The notes under the pieces are model-generated. The model was not told where the DNA came from. It worked only from the letters and a program-made list of their open reading frames with translations, and did not search any database. Positions 53,767 to 64,000 of a stretch of DNA of 64,000 bases are shown here, one piece after another (position 1 is the first letter of the stretch; each line of letters opens with the position of its first letter). Where the stretch lies: the sequence record NC_031039.1, one strand, 5' to 3'. Position numbers and translations under genes: made by a program.

Positions 53767-56100
53767 TTATTTTAATCCTTTGTAATTTACCTTATCATAC
53801 GGTTCATTACAATCGATTAATATATTGTTATTTAAGTAAGGCAACACTAGTGATAAATTTTCGTTCAAATAAGTTAAAAACTCAATACTACCAATTTCAT
53901 TGCAGTCAAAATCACAATCTTTATCCTGTATAAATTGTCTATCTACTTTTGTATTAATAAGATAAGACCTGCCGGGATTAAATAAGGAAATATTATCCTC
54001 AAATCTCCGTTCATTATAGGATCTGTTACAGTTAACACTTATATCATGATTGAAATAGGTAGGTAATTTTTTCATATAATCCATAACTACTGGACTTTCT
54101 TTTAAACCAGTAAAAAGATTGTTGTTATTTGAATCTAATTCGGGAGCAATATTATTTTTAATCATATTAAATAGTTGCTCAAAATATTGATATTTATCTT
54201 TCAATTGATAAATATATTTAAGTCCAATATATTTATCTTGATCAGTTTCTTCTATAGCTTCACTTGAATGAGTTTTTAACCATTCTTCAATAAATTTATC
54301 TTGACCAATTCTCTTTGACTTGATATCATCTTTTGAGGGATATTTTTTATAGAGTTCAATTAGTCTTTTAAGAAGATCATCTTCTTGATAATGAAAAGTA
54401 ATCATTATATTTTTTCTGGTTCCAATATTTTTTAAAATAAGTGATTTAGAGTTTATGATATCGTATTGTGTACTATTTAGCTTCTTATTGTTGGCATAAA
54501 TAGTAAAAGTTCCATCTATTAAAGGATAAGAATCATCTTGTAGAGTTATTATTGCCCTGTTATCCTCTCTCTTTGGAACTTCACTAAAGAAAAAGTATGA
54601 GTTTTTCATATAATCTCTAAAAGTTAATTCAATTTTAGAACCAAAATGAGTCATATCTTTAAAAAGAATCATACTTGGAATTTGATTATGAAGTTGCATA
54701 TTAATTAATGCAAAATCATCATTGGGAGTTAACCGATATCCATTAACAAATACCTCTACATTTTCTATATCTTCCATAAATTCTGTAACTACTTCACCAT
54801 TACTTGTCACATGAGAAACAGGAACAAAATAACATGGAACTTGATAGTAATTTGCCATTAAGTTAAAAGCATCAGTCTTAAAGAACATTGATTCAGTGAT
54901 ATTATTGGAAACTACCATAATCTCATTCCCAATTTTCGGAATGTAATTATCTTTTATAATTACCTCTAGAGAAAAACGATCTTCTGTAAAGTAATTAACA
55001 ATAATTTTAGTTCTTTTAGGATTAACACGTTTCCATGAGTTACTATTCTTGAATCTAACATAAACTGAAAAATCTCTATGAGAGAAATATTTTCCAATTC
55101 CATCTGTTTTAACAGTAATTCCCTTTGTATATAGATTCTCAACGTCTTCTTTTGTTTGAATAATATAAGTACATTTAATTTCTTCGTAATCAATTAATGG
55201 GTTTCTAAAAGTTTCCAATTCTATAGTTGAATCATCTTTTATATCACCCTCTTTTAAATACGAACGACTTATTCCATCTAACTTATTTTGAGAATTATTG
55301 TCTCGGTGAAATATCTTTTTACCATCAACATACGCATTTAATTTATGTCTATCAGATATAAAATGATTTATATCTTTCATAGTAAATTGATACTTTTCAC
55401 CATTTACCCCAAAATTAGCCTCTTCGCCATAAGCATCAAACTTATTAGTTAATAGATATTTTCCTTTAGTACCAGTAGTTAATTTAAATACTCTATTATT
55501 TACTGGATTACAAATAAGATTTATTAATTTTTTAATATAACTAGGATCAATATAATTTTTATTTGTTAATTTATCCATTAAAAATTTATTCATATAACGA
55601 ATATCGCCATTGATAGTTATTTCTCTTAGTTCTTTATAATCTTTATCAATTTTAAATAATATCCCATCTCTATTTGGAAAATAACTGTCCCAAGCTTCAT
55701 CAACACACCATACTCTTAAACGATAAAAATATTCATCATTCTTATAAGTGACAGAAGGTAAATTATCTGTAAATAGTGTATCTGTAATACTGAGAGATTT
55801 TTTAAATTTTTCTCCTCTAGTGATTACATCGCCGTTATTATCTATAATTTCTATTTGCATGTAGATCTCTAGTTTAGAATAGTTTTTAAAATTCCAAGAG
55901 AATTGATTTTTTTGTTTATCTAATTCTCCAATATAGAAAAGAGGGATTTCCTCATCTTTCTCAGTTGTTGCACCATTATCATCTCTCGCAGTTATAGAAA
56001 GGGTCAGATGGGTACTATCGAACCCATCTGTGTTATAACTGAGAAGTTCATCAATGTCAATAGGTGAATTTAAGAATTCGGATTGAAATCTAATTGACAT
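53767..56100 (-). CDS. Virion structural protein; N-terminus completes the repeat of the upstream ORF
   Basis: FSWNFKNYS...MQIEIID..G...YFYRLRVW...W..YFP unit shared with 56108 ORF; later VFVNGYRL..DDF and IYANNKKL segments. Confidence 0.75.
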   Translation of the reverse strand: MSIRFQSEFLNSPIDIDELLSYNTDGFDSTHLTLSITARDDNGATTEKDEEIPLFYIGELDKQKNQFSWNFKNYSKLEIYMQIEIIDNNGDVITRGEKFKKSLSITDTLFTDNLPSVTYKNDEYFYRLRVWCVDEAWDSYFPNRDGILFKIDKDYKELREITINGDIRYMNKFLMDKLTNKNYIDPSYIKKLINLICNPVNNRVFKLTTGTKGKYLLTNKFDAYGEEANFGVNGEKYQFTMKDINHFISDRHKLNAYVDGKKIFHRDNNSQNKLDGISRSYLKEGDIKDDSTIELETFRNPLIDYEEIKCTYIIQTKEDVENLYTKGITVKTDGIGKYFSHRDFSVYVRFKNSNSWKRVNPKRTKIIVNYFTEDRFSLEVIIKDNYIPKIGNEIMVVSNNITESMFFKTDAFNLMANYYQVPCYFVPVSHVTSNGEVVTEFMEDIENVEVFVNGYRLTPNDDFALINMQLHNQIPSMILFKDMTHFGSKIELTFRDYMKNSYFFFSEVPKREDNRAIITLQDDSYPLIDGTFTIYANNKKLNSTQYDIINSKSLILKNIGTRKNIMITFHYQEDDLLKRLIELYKKYPSKDDIKSKRIGQDKFIEEWLKTHSSEAIEETDQDKYIGLKYIYQLKDKYQYFEQLFNMIKNNIAPELDSNNNNLFTGLKESPVVMDYMKKLPTYFNHDISVNCNRSYNERRFEDNISLFNPGRSYLINTKVDRQFIQDKDCDFDCNEIGSIEFLTYLNENLSLVLPYLNNNILIDCNEPYDKVNYKGLK

Positions 56101-56107
56101 AAATTTA

Positions 56108-58660
56108 TCACTCCTTGATATCGTCCCTTATTGTATAATAAACCTTATTTCCATCTTTATCAGTTATAGTAGCTTTTATTGATACATCATAGTGGCTACT
56201 TCCAATTCTTTTAACATTGGTTGAATCTACATTTATTATAGGGGTATTATTCTTAATCATTTCAAATGGTAAACCATTTATATTAGGATAGAAGGATGTC
56301 CACGTTTCTGAGGGCGTAGAAAGTCTAATCCTAAAGAAATAATTACCTTCATCATAATCATCAAATTTGATACTCTCTAAGTATTCTCTATATTCTCTTT
56401 GATTTCCAACACTTATTTCTTTTCCTGCACCCTCTAAATTACCTTCATTGTCAAGTATTTCAACCTGCATTATAATTGGAATATTTGTGAAATTTCTAAA
56501 TAACCAATAAAAATTATCATAATCTCTATATAAATTTTGAATATCAAAAAGATTGATAATTTCAGTTCTAGTATTTAATGCATCTCCTTCATCTAATGCA
56601 TCCATATAAACTATTAATCTAGGTGATAATAATTGTGACACACTGTAACCATAATTTATAGAAAAATCTAAAGGTGTTTTTTGAAAATCATTATCAAGTA
56701 ATTTATTACCATATTGATCTTTTGCAGTTAATTTAACGAGATCTTCGTCAATATCTGTAACAGTTCCATTAATTGAAAGACTAAATTTATTATCTTCCTC
56801 TTTTTTTAGCTCTATCGAATGTACTTCAATTTCTGGTTTATTATTCTTTAATGCTGAAAATGCATATCCCTTTTCATTTGGATAATACGTAGTCCAGTCC
56901 TCATGTTCAGAATAAATCTTTAAACGATAACGATAGGAGCCTTCAGGAAGTTTTGGATATAGTCGTTGTTCAACAAATCTTGGTCTCACAGTACTTCCGA
57001 TAGTTTGATAGTCACTCTCTCTATAGACGATATAATCTTCTTCAGTTGTTTCTTCATTTTCTTTTAATATTTCAATGGAAAATTTTAAATTTTGAATTGA
57101 ATAATTATCTACATACCATGAGAATATATGACCTTTATCTTGTTTTAATCCGTTAATTTGAAATGCAGGTGCTAAAACAGTTTGAATATTTTCTCCATTG
57201 TTATCATCTTGTATGGCTAGAGTGATATTGACATGTGTTCTATCTATTATATCATATACGGCTTTTATATCTAAATCATATGGCGTATCAATAAAATCTC
57301 TTGCTTTTCGTATTATATTACCATCTTCATCAGATATGGTGAATAAGAATTGGTCATTCTCTGGATCATCTTTAATATTTGCTTTTAGTAATAAATATTT
57401 TATATTATCTAAATCTCGGTATATACGACATTCATTAATAGTAACTACAGGGTCTTTATGTTTTCTTACTGTAAATTGAATACCATCTTCTAATCTTTTA
57501 TCAAATGGATAGTATTCTTCCCAATCCTCTTCATCACACCATACTTTTAAGTGGTATTTATAGTAATCCCTATCAAGAATGAATTTAGTTTCATCTTCTA
57601 AGTCAATATAATTGTTACTATTTCTATATCTAATAACCTGACCGGATTTAATAATTTTACCATCAAAATCAGTTACTTCTACTTGCATTGCTATACTCTT
57701 GTTTGAGTAATTTCGAAATTTCCATTTAAACATATTTCTTTCACGATAAAAATCATATAGATCATAAAGTTTAATAGTATCTTGTTGTTGACTTTTACCG
57801 TATAATTTATCATTTACATCAACTGTTAGAGTGAGTTTACTTACATTAAAATAACTAAATGGATATTCATAATAGAGATGCTCTAATTTTGGACTATAAG
57901 TATAGCTTCTTAGATTAACAATAGAACTCCCAATATTATCAGTTATCGTATAGATTATATCGTCTTCTTCATCATCACTAATCAATATTCTTGATGATAA
58001 AGCAAAATGATCAGTTTCTCTTCTTATCTTGGTATCCTTTATCCTCAACCGAGGATTAGTATTATCTCTCAATGTTAATTTAAGACCAGATTCACTAGGA
58101 TAAAACCTATTCCAATTTTCTTCTTTACTATAATATTTTACTCTATAGTAATATTCACCTTCGGATGTATTTAAAAGATCATTGCATACATACTTGTATA
58201 GTGTATAATCAATACCATAAATTTTTTTATACTCATTACTATTATAAATTATTTCACCTTCATTATTCAATACTTGAATAATTGAATAAATAGGAACCGT
58301 AGAGAAATTCCTTACACTCCATTGGAATTCCTCTACAGCTGATCTTGAAAGATTTTCTATATTAAATGTATCAATTTTTTTAGATACAGAGGATGTTGCA
58401 CCACTCTCATCTTCCATATATAAAATAAATTCAGTTTCAGTTCCTTGAAAATAATCCTTACTAATATAAAAAAATTTAGAGATATTGATTGGAGTAGCTA
58501 CAAAGTTATCTATTCCATCTAGCACATTTCCTTTTTCATCTAAAATCTTAAATTTAACAGGATAGCCAGAATCATTGATAATTTCAGCAATAATTTGAAC
58601 ACTAATTGAATCTAAAGAACTCTTATTTAATGAAATACTCTTTAGAGTAGCATTCAACAT
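56108..58660 (-). CDS. Virion protein with four two-domain Ig-like repeats
   Basis: Four copies of F.W..RN.S....QV...G...Y.YR.......W..YP...G..F; ends partway through the next Ig-like domain. Confidence 0.75.
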   Translation of the reverse strand: MLNATLKSISLNKSSLDSISVQIIAEIINDSGYPVKFKILDEKGNVLDGIDNFVATPINISKFFYISKDYFQGTETEFILYMEDESGATSSVSKKIDTFNIENLSRSAVEEFQWSVRNFSTVPIYSIIQVLNNEGEIIYNSNEYKKIYGIDYTLYKYVCNDLLNTSEGEYYYRVKYYSKEENWNRFYPSESGLKLTLRDNTNPRLRIKDTKIRRETDHFALSSRILISDDEEDDIIYTITDNIGSSIVNLRSYTYSPKLEHLYYEYPFSYFNVSKLTLTVDVNDKLYGKSQQQDTIKLYDLYDFYRERNMFKWKFRNYSNKSIAMQVEVTDFDGKIIKSGQVIRYRNSNNYIDLEDETKFILDRDYYKYHLKVWCDEEDWEEYYPFDKRLEDGIQFTVRKHKDPVVTINECRIYRDLDNIKYLLLKANIKDDPENDQFLFTISDEDGNIIRKARDFIDTPYDLDIKAVYDIIDRTHVNITLAIQDDNNGENIQTVLAPAFQINGLKQDKGHIFSWYVDNYSIQNLKFSIEILKENEETTEEDYIVYRESDYQTIGSTVRPRFVEQRLYPKLPEGSYRYRLKIYSEHEDWTTYYPNEKGYAFSALKNNKPEIEVHSIELKKEEDNKFSLSINGTVTDIDEDLVKLTAKDQYGNKLLDNDFQKTPLDFSINYGYSVSQLLSPRLIVYMDALDEGDALNTRTEIINLFDIQNLYRDYDNFYWLFRNFTNIPIIMQVEILDNEGNLEGAGKEISVGNQREYREYLESIKFDDYDEGNYFFRIRLSTPSETWTSFYPNINGLPFEMIKNNTPIINVDSTNVKRIGSSHYDVSIKATITDKDGNKVYYTIRDDIKE

Positions 58661-58676
58661 TCCAAATCACCTCTCT

Positions 58677-59609
58677 TTATTTTAGTAGTTTACTAAATTC
58701 TGTATAAATACTATTAATAAATTTTCCAGCAACACTTTCAATAATATAATCTTTGGAGATATTACCATTTACTACAGCTCCAAAAATAGTTGAAAGGAAA
58801 GAAGGAAGATAGTCCAAGCCTAATAATGTAGTCTCACCATACATTCTTGCCCAGTTCTCTACAAAACTTCTAACATTTAAATCTTTCATTCCTTTTATAT
58901 CTCTTAAATTATCAAATAATTTAAAAATATCTTCATATGCATTATTATCAAAACGCATTTCTTCCTCTTTAATAAGTTTAAGAGATGACTTATTAAAACA
59001 AGCATGATAAGCAATATTATCTACAGTATCATTATTAGTTTTTCCACATAAATTAATAAGGAAGAATTTAGCTAAAAAGAAGTTAATGAGATCTAATTTA
59101 TAATCATCAATATTAATAGCAAATAGTTTATCCATTACTTTACCAACTAGTTTTGAATAGACAATTGCTCCATTTTTAAGGATTGTCATATTGTTAGTAA
59201 AACGATTCCAGTTGTTGACTAATTCTAACAATATAGTTCCATTCTGCATAAGGTTAAAAAGTGTTTTTGGGTAGATATCATACATTCCTGTTGTTTTATT
59301 CACAGTTGAATAATAACCAATGTCAACTAAAGCAACAATTTTTCCACCTTCAACTTTACCAAAGGTACTTAGATATTTTGGTAATTTAATAGTTGGATTA
59401 TTGATAAGAATGATATCTCCTTTATTTACATATTGCATAGTCTTTCCTTTAGTTGGAAAAGTAATTCTTCGACTAATAATGTTTAATGATTCATCTAATT
59501 TAGTTATATCCACTCTATCTCTAGACACATGAATATTTTTAATACTTTTTACAACACTTTCATTGGCAACTACTTGTCTAAACAGCGCACTATCAGTAAT
59601 TTTTTTCAT
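58677..59609 (-). CDS. Conserved late hypothetical protein
   Basis: 310 aa, RBS AGGAGG; late motif at 59635-59646. Confidence 0.7.
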   Translation of the reverse strand: MKKITDSALFRQVVANESVVKSIKNIHVSRDRVDITKLDESLNIISRRITFPTKGKTMQYVNKGDIILINNPTIKLPKYLSTFGKVEGGKIVALVDIGYYSTVNKTTGMYDIYPKTLFNLMQNGTILLELVNNWNRFTNNMTILKNGAIVYSKLVGKVMDKLFAINIDDYKLDLINFFLAKFFLINLCGKTNNDTVDNIAYHACFNKSSLKLIKEEEMRFDNNAYEDIFKLFDNLRDIKGMKDLNVRSFVENWARMYGETTLLGLDYLPSFLSTIFGAVVNGNISKDYIIESVAGKFINSIYTEFSKLLK

Positions 59610-59670
59610 ATTAATCCTCCTAAATTAAGTATCTTATTTATTTGTTCAGGATTACCATAATATATTCATG

Positions 59671-60048
59671 TTATGATAATAATGATGAAAGTAACCCTTT
59701 TTTAGTTTCAGTATTATAAATATTTGTATTTATTTTTTCACTACTATTGCTTACACCACTGTTATTACTTACATATCTTATGAAAACATGGTATGTAATG
59801 CATCCAGCTCGTAATAATACTGAATCCAAATAACGATATTTAGAAACATCAATATCAATATTTTCCTCATCACTATATAATTTTACTTCTATTTCCTCTA
59901 ATTTATCCTCATTGGGATTAACTAATGCAAATAAGGCTATATTATCCTGTTGACTCTTTACAGATACTATATCACAGTTTTTTGGCATCAATACTATTTG
60001 TTCACTTTGAAGATATATTGGAAATCGTCTAATTTGCTTTGTAGACAT
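59671..60048 (-). CDS. Hypothetical protein
   Basis: 125 aa; late motif at 60077-60088. Confidence 0.7.
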   Translation of the reverse strand: MSTKQIRRFPIYLQSEQIVLMPKNCDIVSVKSQQDNIALFALVNPNEDKLEEIEVKLYSDEENIDIDVSKYRYLDSVLLRAGCITYHVFIRYVSNNSGVSNSSEKINTNIYNTETKKGLLSSLLS

Positions 60049-60120
60049 AATAAACCACCGTCCTATTCTATATCTATAGCTATTTGTTTTGGAAAAAATA
60101 GAAAAAAAAAATAAGGGCTA

Positions 60121-60306
60121 TTAAGCCCTTTTATTCATAGTTAAACCAGTAATTGCATCTGGTTTAACTATGAATTTTCTTCCTTTCTTATCACATAAAG
60201 CAATAAGATTTCCATAAATATCCATAATTTCTGCGTCAACATATTCTTGATGAAATCCTTTAATTACATGGATTACCACCCACTGTCCAATTTTATAATT
60301 ATTCAT
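60121..60306 (-). CDS. Small SH3-like hypothetical protein
   Basis: 61 aa; YKIGQWV...AEI...IV pattern. Confidence 0.55.
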   Translation of the reverse strand: MNNYKIGQWVVIHVIKGFHQEYVDAEIMDIYGNLIALCDKKGRKFIVKPDAITGLTMNKRA

Positions 60307-60397
60307 AATTCAGCACCATCCTAATTTTTATTTTTTACTATTTGTATTCGATTGAAATTTTAAATACCTTAATCATTTAGTAATGTCCTCCTAAAGA

Positions 60398-60838
60398 TTA
60401 ACTTATTTCATCTATTATATCCCTCGTCTTAAATACAGATTTTTCAATGGCAATTAAATCATTTATATATCTATTTGGTAATAGTTTTGATGAAATTATT
60501 TTATATAGCTTTCTGGCATCAGCTATACCTATAAGTTCATTGTAATCCTGTATTTTAGAATATATACCTAGGTTAAAACTTTTCATAAGACTCTTACCTT
60601 CTACTGGTATATAAATCTTTCTATTTTCTTTATTGTTTTCATACTCAATTAATACGTTATCTGATGAATTTATACACATTGAAATAATGGTATTACGTCT
60701 AAGTTTACTAATATTCTTTTGTATGGTATCATCAGTAACAAGTATCACTTTTCTTATTCCATTTCTTTCAGTCAACATATATGGAATATGACTCAACATA
60801 GAATTAAGCCTGTGACTGAAGGATACCTTTTTCATCAT
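60398..60838 (-). CDS. Hypothetical protein
   Basis: 146 aa in a tightly overlapped operon. Confidence 0.7.
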   Translation of the reverse strand: MMKKVSFSHRLNSMLSHIPYMLTERNGIRKVILVTDDTIQKNISKLRRNTIISMCINSSDNVLIEYENNKENRKIYIPVEGKSLMKSFNLGIYSKIQDYNELIGIADARKLYKIISSKLLPNRYINDLIAIEKSVFKTRDIIDEIS

Positions 60839-61205
60839 TGGTAAGTAAATCCTCCACTACATCCTTTATAGTTGTATAGAATAGATTTCTTCCTTTTGGT
60901 AATAGTAATTTACTGTCAATTATAGTATTTTCATGATTTAAATCAATAGTTAAAGCCTCTCTATAATCAAGAGGCTTTTCAATTATTGTGGTATAACATG
61001 CAAGATCTAAATAATCCGCATTACAGACTTTTATTGGCATATATAAACTAATATTATTAACTGAATATCTAATCATTAAATTACTGGAAGTCTTTACAAG
61101 CCTGTAAGAAGGAAGATTTAAAATCAATACATCTTTTAGGTCTTTCCAGTTATTTCTTAATCCAAGAATAAACTGGTCATTGAACAGTTGAACAAGTATA
61201 TTCAT
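60804..61205 (-). CDS. Hypothetical protein
   Basis: 133 aa, RBS GGAAGG. Confidence 0.7.
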   Translation of the reverse strand: MNILVQLFNDQFILGLRNNWKDLKDVLILNLPSYRLVKTSSNLMIRYSVNNISLYMPIKVCNADYLDLACYTTIIEKPLDYREALTIDLNHENTIIDSKLLLPKGRNLFYTTIKDVVEDLLTNDEKGILQSQA

Positions 61206-61233
61206 CTTAAATTTCCTTCCTTTCTTTAGATTT

Positions 61234-61629
61234 TTATTCTAAATGTTGAAAATACTTTTTTACTATGGTATTTGCAAATGATTCAATTCTATTTTTTGCA
61301 AATGATTCAGTAAGAGAGTTAGTATTAAATATAATACTCTCTCCTTCAACCATTTGAGTCCATTCAATAGGATTTTTCGCAATTGGAGCACTAACCATTC
61401 TATCATAATAATTTATATTTTGACTGTTAGGACTAGTTATTCGAATAGGTATAAATATTAAACCTCTTCCCTCCGTAGAATGACTAATCATAATAGAACT
61501 AATTCTACCAGCAGTAAAATGACCTCCGGGAATAGTTTGAAAAACATCTTCCATTAGTTCTTTACTAATTTCTACCGTTACAGCACTTTGGATATCCCCA
61601 TTAGTATAAGTTAATTTTCTCTTTAGCAT
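61234..61629 (-). CDS. Hypothetical protein
   Basis: 131 aa, RBS GAGGAG. Confidence 0.7.
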   Translation of the reverse strand: MLKRKLTYTNGDIQSAVTVEISKELMEDVFQTIPGGHFTAGRISSIMISHSTEGRGLIFIPIRITSPNSQNINYYDRMVSAPIAKNPIEWTQMVEGESIIFNTNSLTESFAKNRIESFANTIVKKYFQHLE

Positions 61630-61641
61630 TATTATTTCTCC

Positions 61642-62316
61642 TCATGACATAAATGTATTTACAATAAATTCTCTTAAACTGTCGTCCTTTTTATGTGTCT
61701 GCCTTTTGATATAAGATACAATATAATCTAAGGCTTCTGTTGCAGTAATTTCTTTTATAACTCCACCTGTATTTAAACAGAAAGAATTTTCTTCAATTCT
61801 AAGACTAGATTTAGGAATTAACTCATCTCCTCTGTGAACAACTTCTACTATAATTTCTTCTCCTTTTTGAAGGGATTCGATAATAGAGGTTACATCATGA
61901 ATCTTTTTAAATTTCTTCCAGAATCGTCTACGTTCAATTTTGATAATTTCTTTTCTTACTCTTTTGAAGAAGTCAGATTTGGAAATAACGATGAGGGTTT
62001 TACCAAATATGTCCTCTAGATCTTTATTACTAACACTCTTTTGATTTAATCCTAGAGCTTGGTAAAACTTACTTTCGGGGAGAGACATTGGTTTACCATT
62101 TTTTAACGTTGTAATAGAAAATGTATTTTCTTCTCCTTTATTATTAATTACATAATATGCATCTCTAAATTTTTCTTTACTAATTAGATCAAAGAATGCA
62201 AGACTCTTTTCACGATATTTTTGATCAAAAACATTTTCATTAACGCTAATTACCTTCACCTTTTCAACAATCCTTTCAGTTTTCAAAATGAAGGAGATAA
62301 AGAATATCTCCTTCAT
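61642..62316 (-). CDS. Hypothetical protein
   Basis: 224 aa, RBS GGGAGG. Confidence 0.7.
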   Translation of the reverse strand: MKEIFFISFILKTERIVEKVKVISVNENVFDQKYREKSLAFFDLISKEKFRDAYYVINNKGEENTFSITTLKNGKPMSLPESKFYQALGLNQKSVSNKDLEDIFGKTLIVISKSDFFKRVRKEIIKIERRRFWKKFKKIHDVTSIIESLQKGEEIIVEVVHRGDELIPKSSLRIEENSFCLNTGGVIKEITATEALDYIVSYIKRQTHKKDDSLREFIVNTFMS

Positions 62317-62337
62317 CCTCCCTATTTATATTAAATA

Positions 62338-63102
62338 TTACTTTTCAGCTTTTTCCTTTTCTTTTTTCTTAGTCTTACTGTCGGTCTTTTCTTTCTTTGT
62401 TGCTTTTGGTTTCTTTACTGGTTCTTTTGTAGCTTCTTTATCTTTACTTGCAATTTCTTCATAAAATGGTTTTTTATTTTCTTTACTAGAAGCAATTTCC
62501 TTTGCCTTATCAGCATTAGATTTCTTGTCAGATTTTTTATCTTCTTTTAATGCTTCTAAAGTTTCCTCAGCTTTTTCAAGTAATTCTTCCGTTTCTCCAA
62601 CTTCTTCATCAAAGAAACTATTCATTTCCTCTTCGCTAACTTCAATATCTTCATCATCTTCAATTATAATATTAGACTGAAAGTTAATTTCCTCATCTTC
62701 ATTTATCTTAACAGTATCACGAACCAATGTCTCTCTATTTGGATCAATAGCTTCTCTCATACCAACATTTTGAGATGAATATGCACCATTATCTTTTTCA
62801 AATCTTTCTTTTTCTGGTAAATGTACTTTCATTTCAGATTCAATATATTCATCATTATTACTTTTACTAAATTTATCCTTAACAAATCCTACTGGATTTA
62901 CCTTCTTAATATTACCCATTTTCACATAATTACTCGGTGATAATTTGGTTTTTACACTTTCAGGTAATTTTTCAGAAAGTTTCTTACCAATAATAGCACT
63001 TGCAATTCCTCCACCAACAATAGCTGCTCCATAAGTAATAGCCTTTTTAGTTCCTTCTTTAACTGCGTTTTCTACGATTAATCTCATTTTATTCTCCTCC
63101 AA
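62338..63102 (-). CDS. Membrane-associated protein with acidic then basic disordered tail
   Basis: N-terminal AITYGAAIVGGGIASAIIG segment; Glu/Asp-rich middle and Lys-rich end. Confidence 0.7.
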   Translation of the reverse strand: MEENKMRLIVENAVKEGTKKAITYGAAIVGGGIASAIIGKKLSEKLPESVKTKLSPSNYVKMGNIKKVNPVGFVKDKFSKSNNDEYIESEMKVHLPEKERFEKDNGAYSSQNVGMREAIDPNRETLVRDTVKINEDEEINFQSNIIIEDDEDIEVSEEEMNSFFDEEVGETEELLEKAEETLEALKEDKKSDKKSNADKAKEIASSKENKKPFYEEIASKDKEATKEPVKKPKATKKEKTDSKTKKKEKEKAEK

Positions 63103-63120
63103 ATTTTCTTTTTTTTTATT

Positions 63121-63453
63121 TTACTTTAAATATTCATCAATATCATGTGTTTCAACATTCTCAAAATACCATTCATCTTTGTCTGGATCATATCTAGCAT
63201 CAATACTATACATTATTGTTGCTATTTTTCTAGGTTCTCTTACTTTGAACATCCCTAATACTCTAAACATATTTTCTTTAAGTTCTTTGACTTCAACATT
63301 TTCTTTATTAAATTCTAAAAGGTCATCTCCATAATATTCTGTAATAAATGATTCTACCTGCTTATGTGCTTCTTCCTCATTTGGTTTCCCACAAGCTGAA
63401 AGTAAAAAGAGTAAATTAATTGTGATAAATAATGCTATAATTTTATTAGTCAT
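63121..63453 (-). CDS. Putative lipoprotein
   Basis: MTNKIIALFITINLLFLLSA-C lipobox. Confidence 0.75.
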   Translation of the reverse strand: MTNKIIALFITINLLFLLSACGKPNEEEAHKQVESFITEYYGDDLLEFNKENVEVKELKENMFRVLGMFKVREPRKIATIMYSIDARYDPDKDEWYFENVETHDIDEYLK

Positions 63454-63465
63454 TATTTATCACCT

Positions 63466-63999
63466 TTATATTGCCTTTAATTTTACATCCATATCATCAA
63501 AATATATTGTAGACGATACTTTAGTGTTTACCCATTCAATATATGGTCTTCCTTGATCATCAAAACCATACGATTTAACAACTACATCTTCACTGTAATC
63601 ATTTGTATACTTAATAAGAAGCTGAATGGCATTTTCAATTTCTTTCTTTTTAATATCATCAAGTACATTTAGATTTGGTACTTTCTCTTTAACCAAAACA
63701 TTAAGTGACTTTATTAATTGATTAATTTTTTCTTTTGGTATTCCATAGTCATAATTGGATAAGATTTCCATAAAGGAATTAAAAACCTCACTTTCTCTAT
63801 AAATCTTCATAAAGTCAGATAAATATTTATTAATAAATTCTAATTCCTCATGTGTAATCTCTTCTAAAGAATCAATATTTCCTAGTTTTATGATCATATT
63901 AGTATTTTTATCATCTTGTAACAAATTATCAAGATGACTACCAATCTTAGATGAAAATACACTTACAGCATGATTTTCTTCTAGTTCGTCATTAGCATA
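63466..63999 (-). CDS. Hypothetical protein, truncated by window end
   Basis: Frame stays open from 63999 (YANDELEENH...) into the ORF-track start at 63924. Confidence 0.7.
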   Translation of the reverse strand, partial: YANDELEENHAVSVFSSKIGSHLDNLLQDDKNTNMIIKLGNIDSLEEITHEELEFINKYLSDFMKIYRESEVFNSFMEILSNYDYGIPKEKINQLIKSLNVLVKEKVPNLNVLDDIKKKEIENAIQLLIKYTNDYSEDVVVKSYGFDDQGRPYIEWVNTKVSSTIYFDDMDVKLKAI

Positions 64000-64000
64000 T

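Noticed and set aside
3239-62019. Short antisense or nested ORFs in the track (e.g. 3239, 5254, 5411, 8805, 11220, 14102, 19286, 23669, 27105, 27933, 42304, 46579, 50266, 51233, 51891, 53363, 57198, 59320, 61834)
   Set aside because: They lie within well-supported genes, lack RBSs and look like shadow frames.
1-64000. Stop-codon reassignment
   Set aside because: Conserved genes are intact under the standard code and end in TAA, TAG or TGA.
1-64000. Phage nucleus shell (ChmA) or PhuZ tubulin genes
   Set aside because: No recognisable match in this window; the rest of the genome cannot be judged.

Overview
A 64 kb, very AT-rich segment of a phiKZ-related Bacillus jumbo phage of the AR9/PBS1 type. 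Three proteins match AR9 proteins as I recall them (no database search was run): the 464-aa ORF at 8414-9808 (gp226, nvRNAP promoter-specificity subunit), the GroEL-like chaperonin and the intron-split beta'-N subunit. AR9/PBS1 phages have uracil-substituted DNA, which this text cannot show. The window holds replication and nucleotide genes (5'-3' exonuclease, dCMP deaminase, nrdIEF, primase, NMP kinase, RNase H, PolB-like ORF), subunits of two multisubunit RNA polymerases, baseplate and fibre genes, a holin, one tRNA-Asn, homing-type endonucleases, many early (AAATATATATTAT) and late (AACA-N6-TA/G) promoter motifs, and hairpin terminators. The ORF track misses exon 2 of the beta'-N gene: a group I intron carrying an HNH ORF splits the catalytic DYDG|D motif. 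The best candidate for something undescribed is a ~260-nt structured non-coding RNA (21979-22239) with its own late promoter. It ends in a D-arm-less, anticodon-less tRNA-like domain with encoded CCA and lies between an HNH-like gene and the tRNA locus. Other leads are a probable -1 frameshift joining gp26-like and gp51-like ORFs, an Ig-repeat domain split across two genes, a three-gene shared coiled-coil module, a catalytically dead amidase and an orphan MqsA-like antitoxin.
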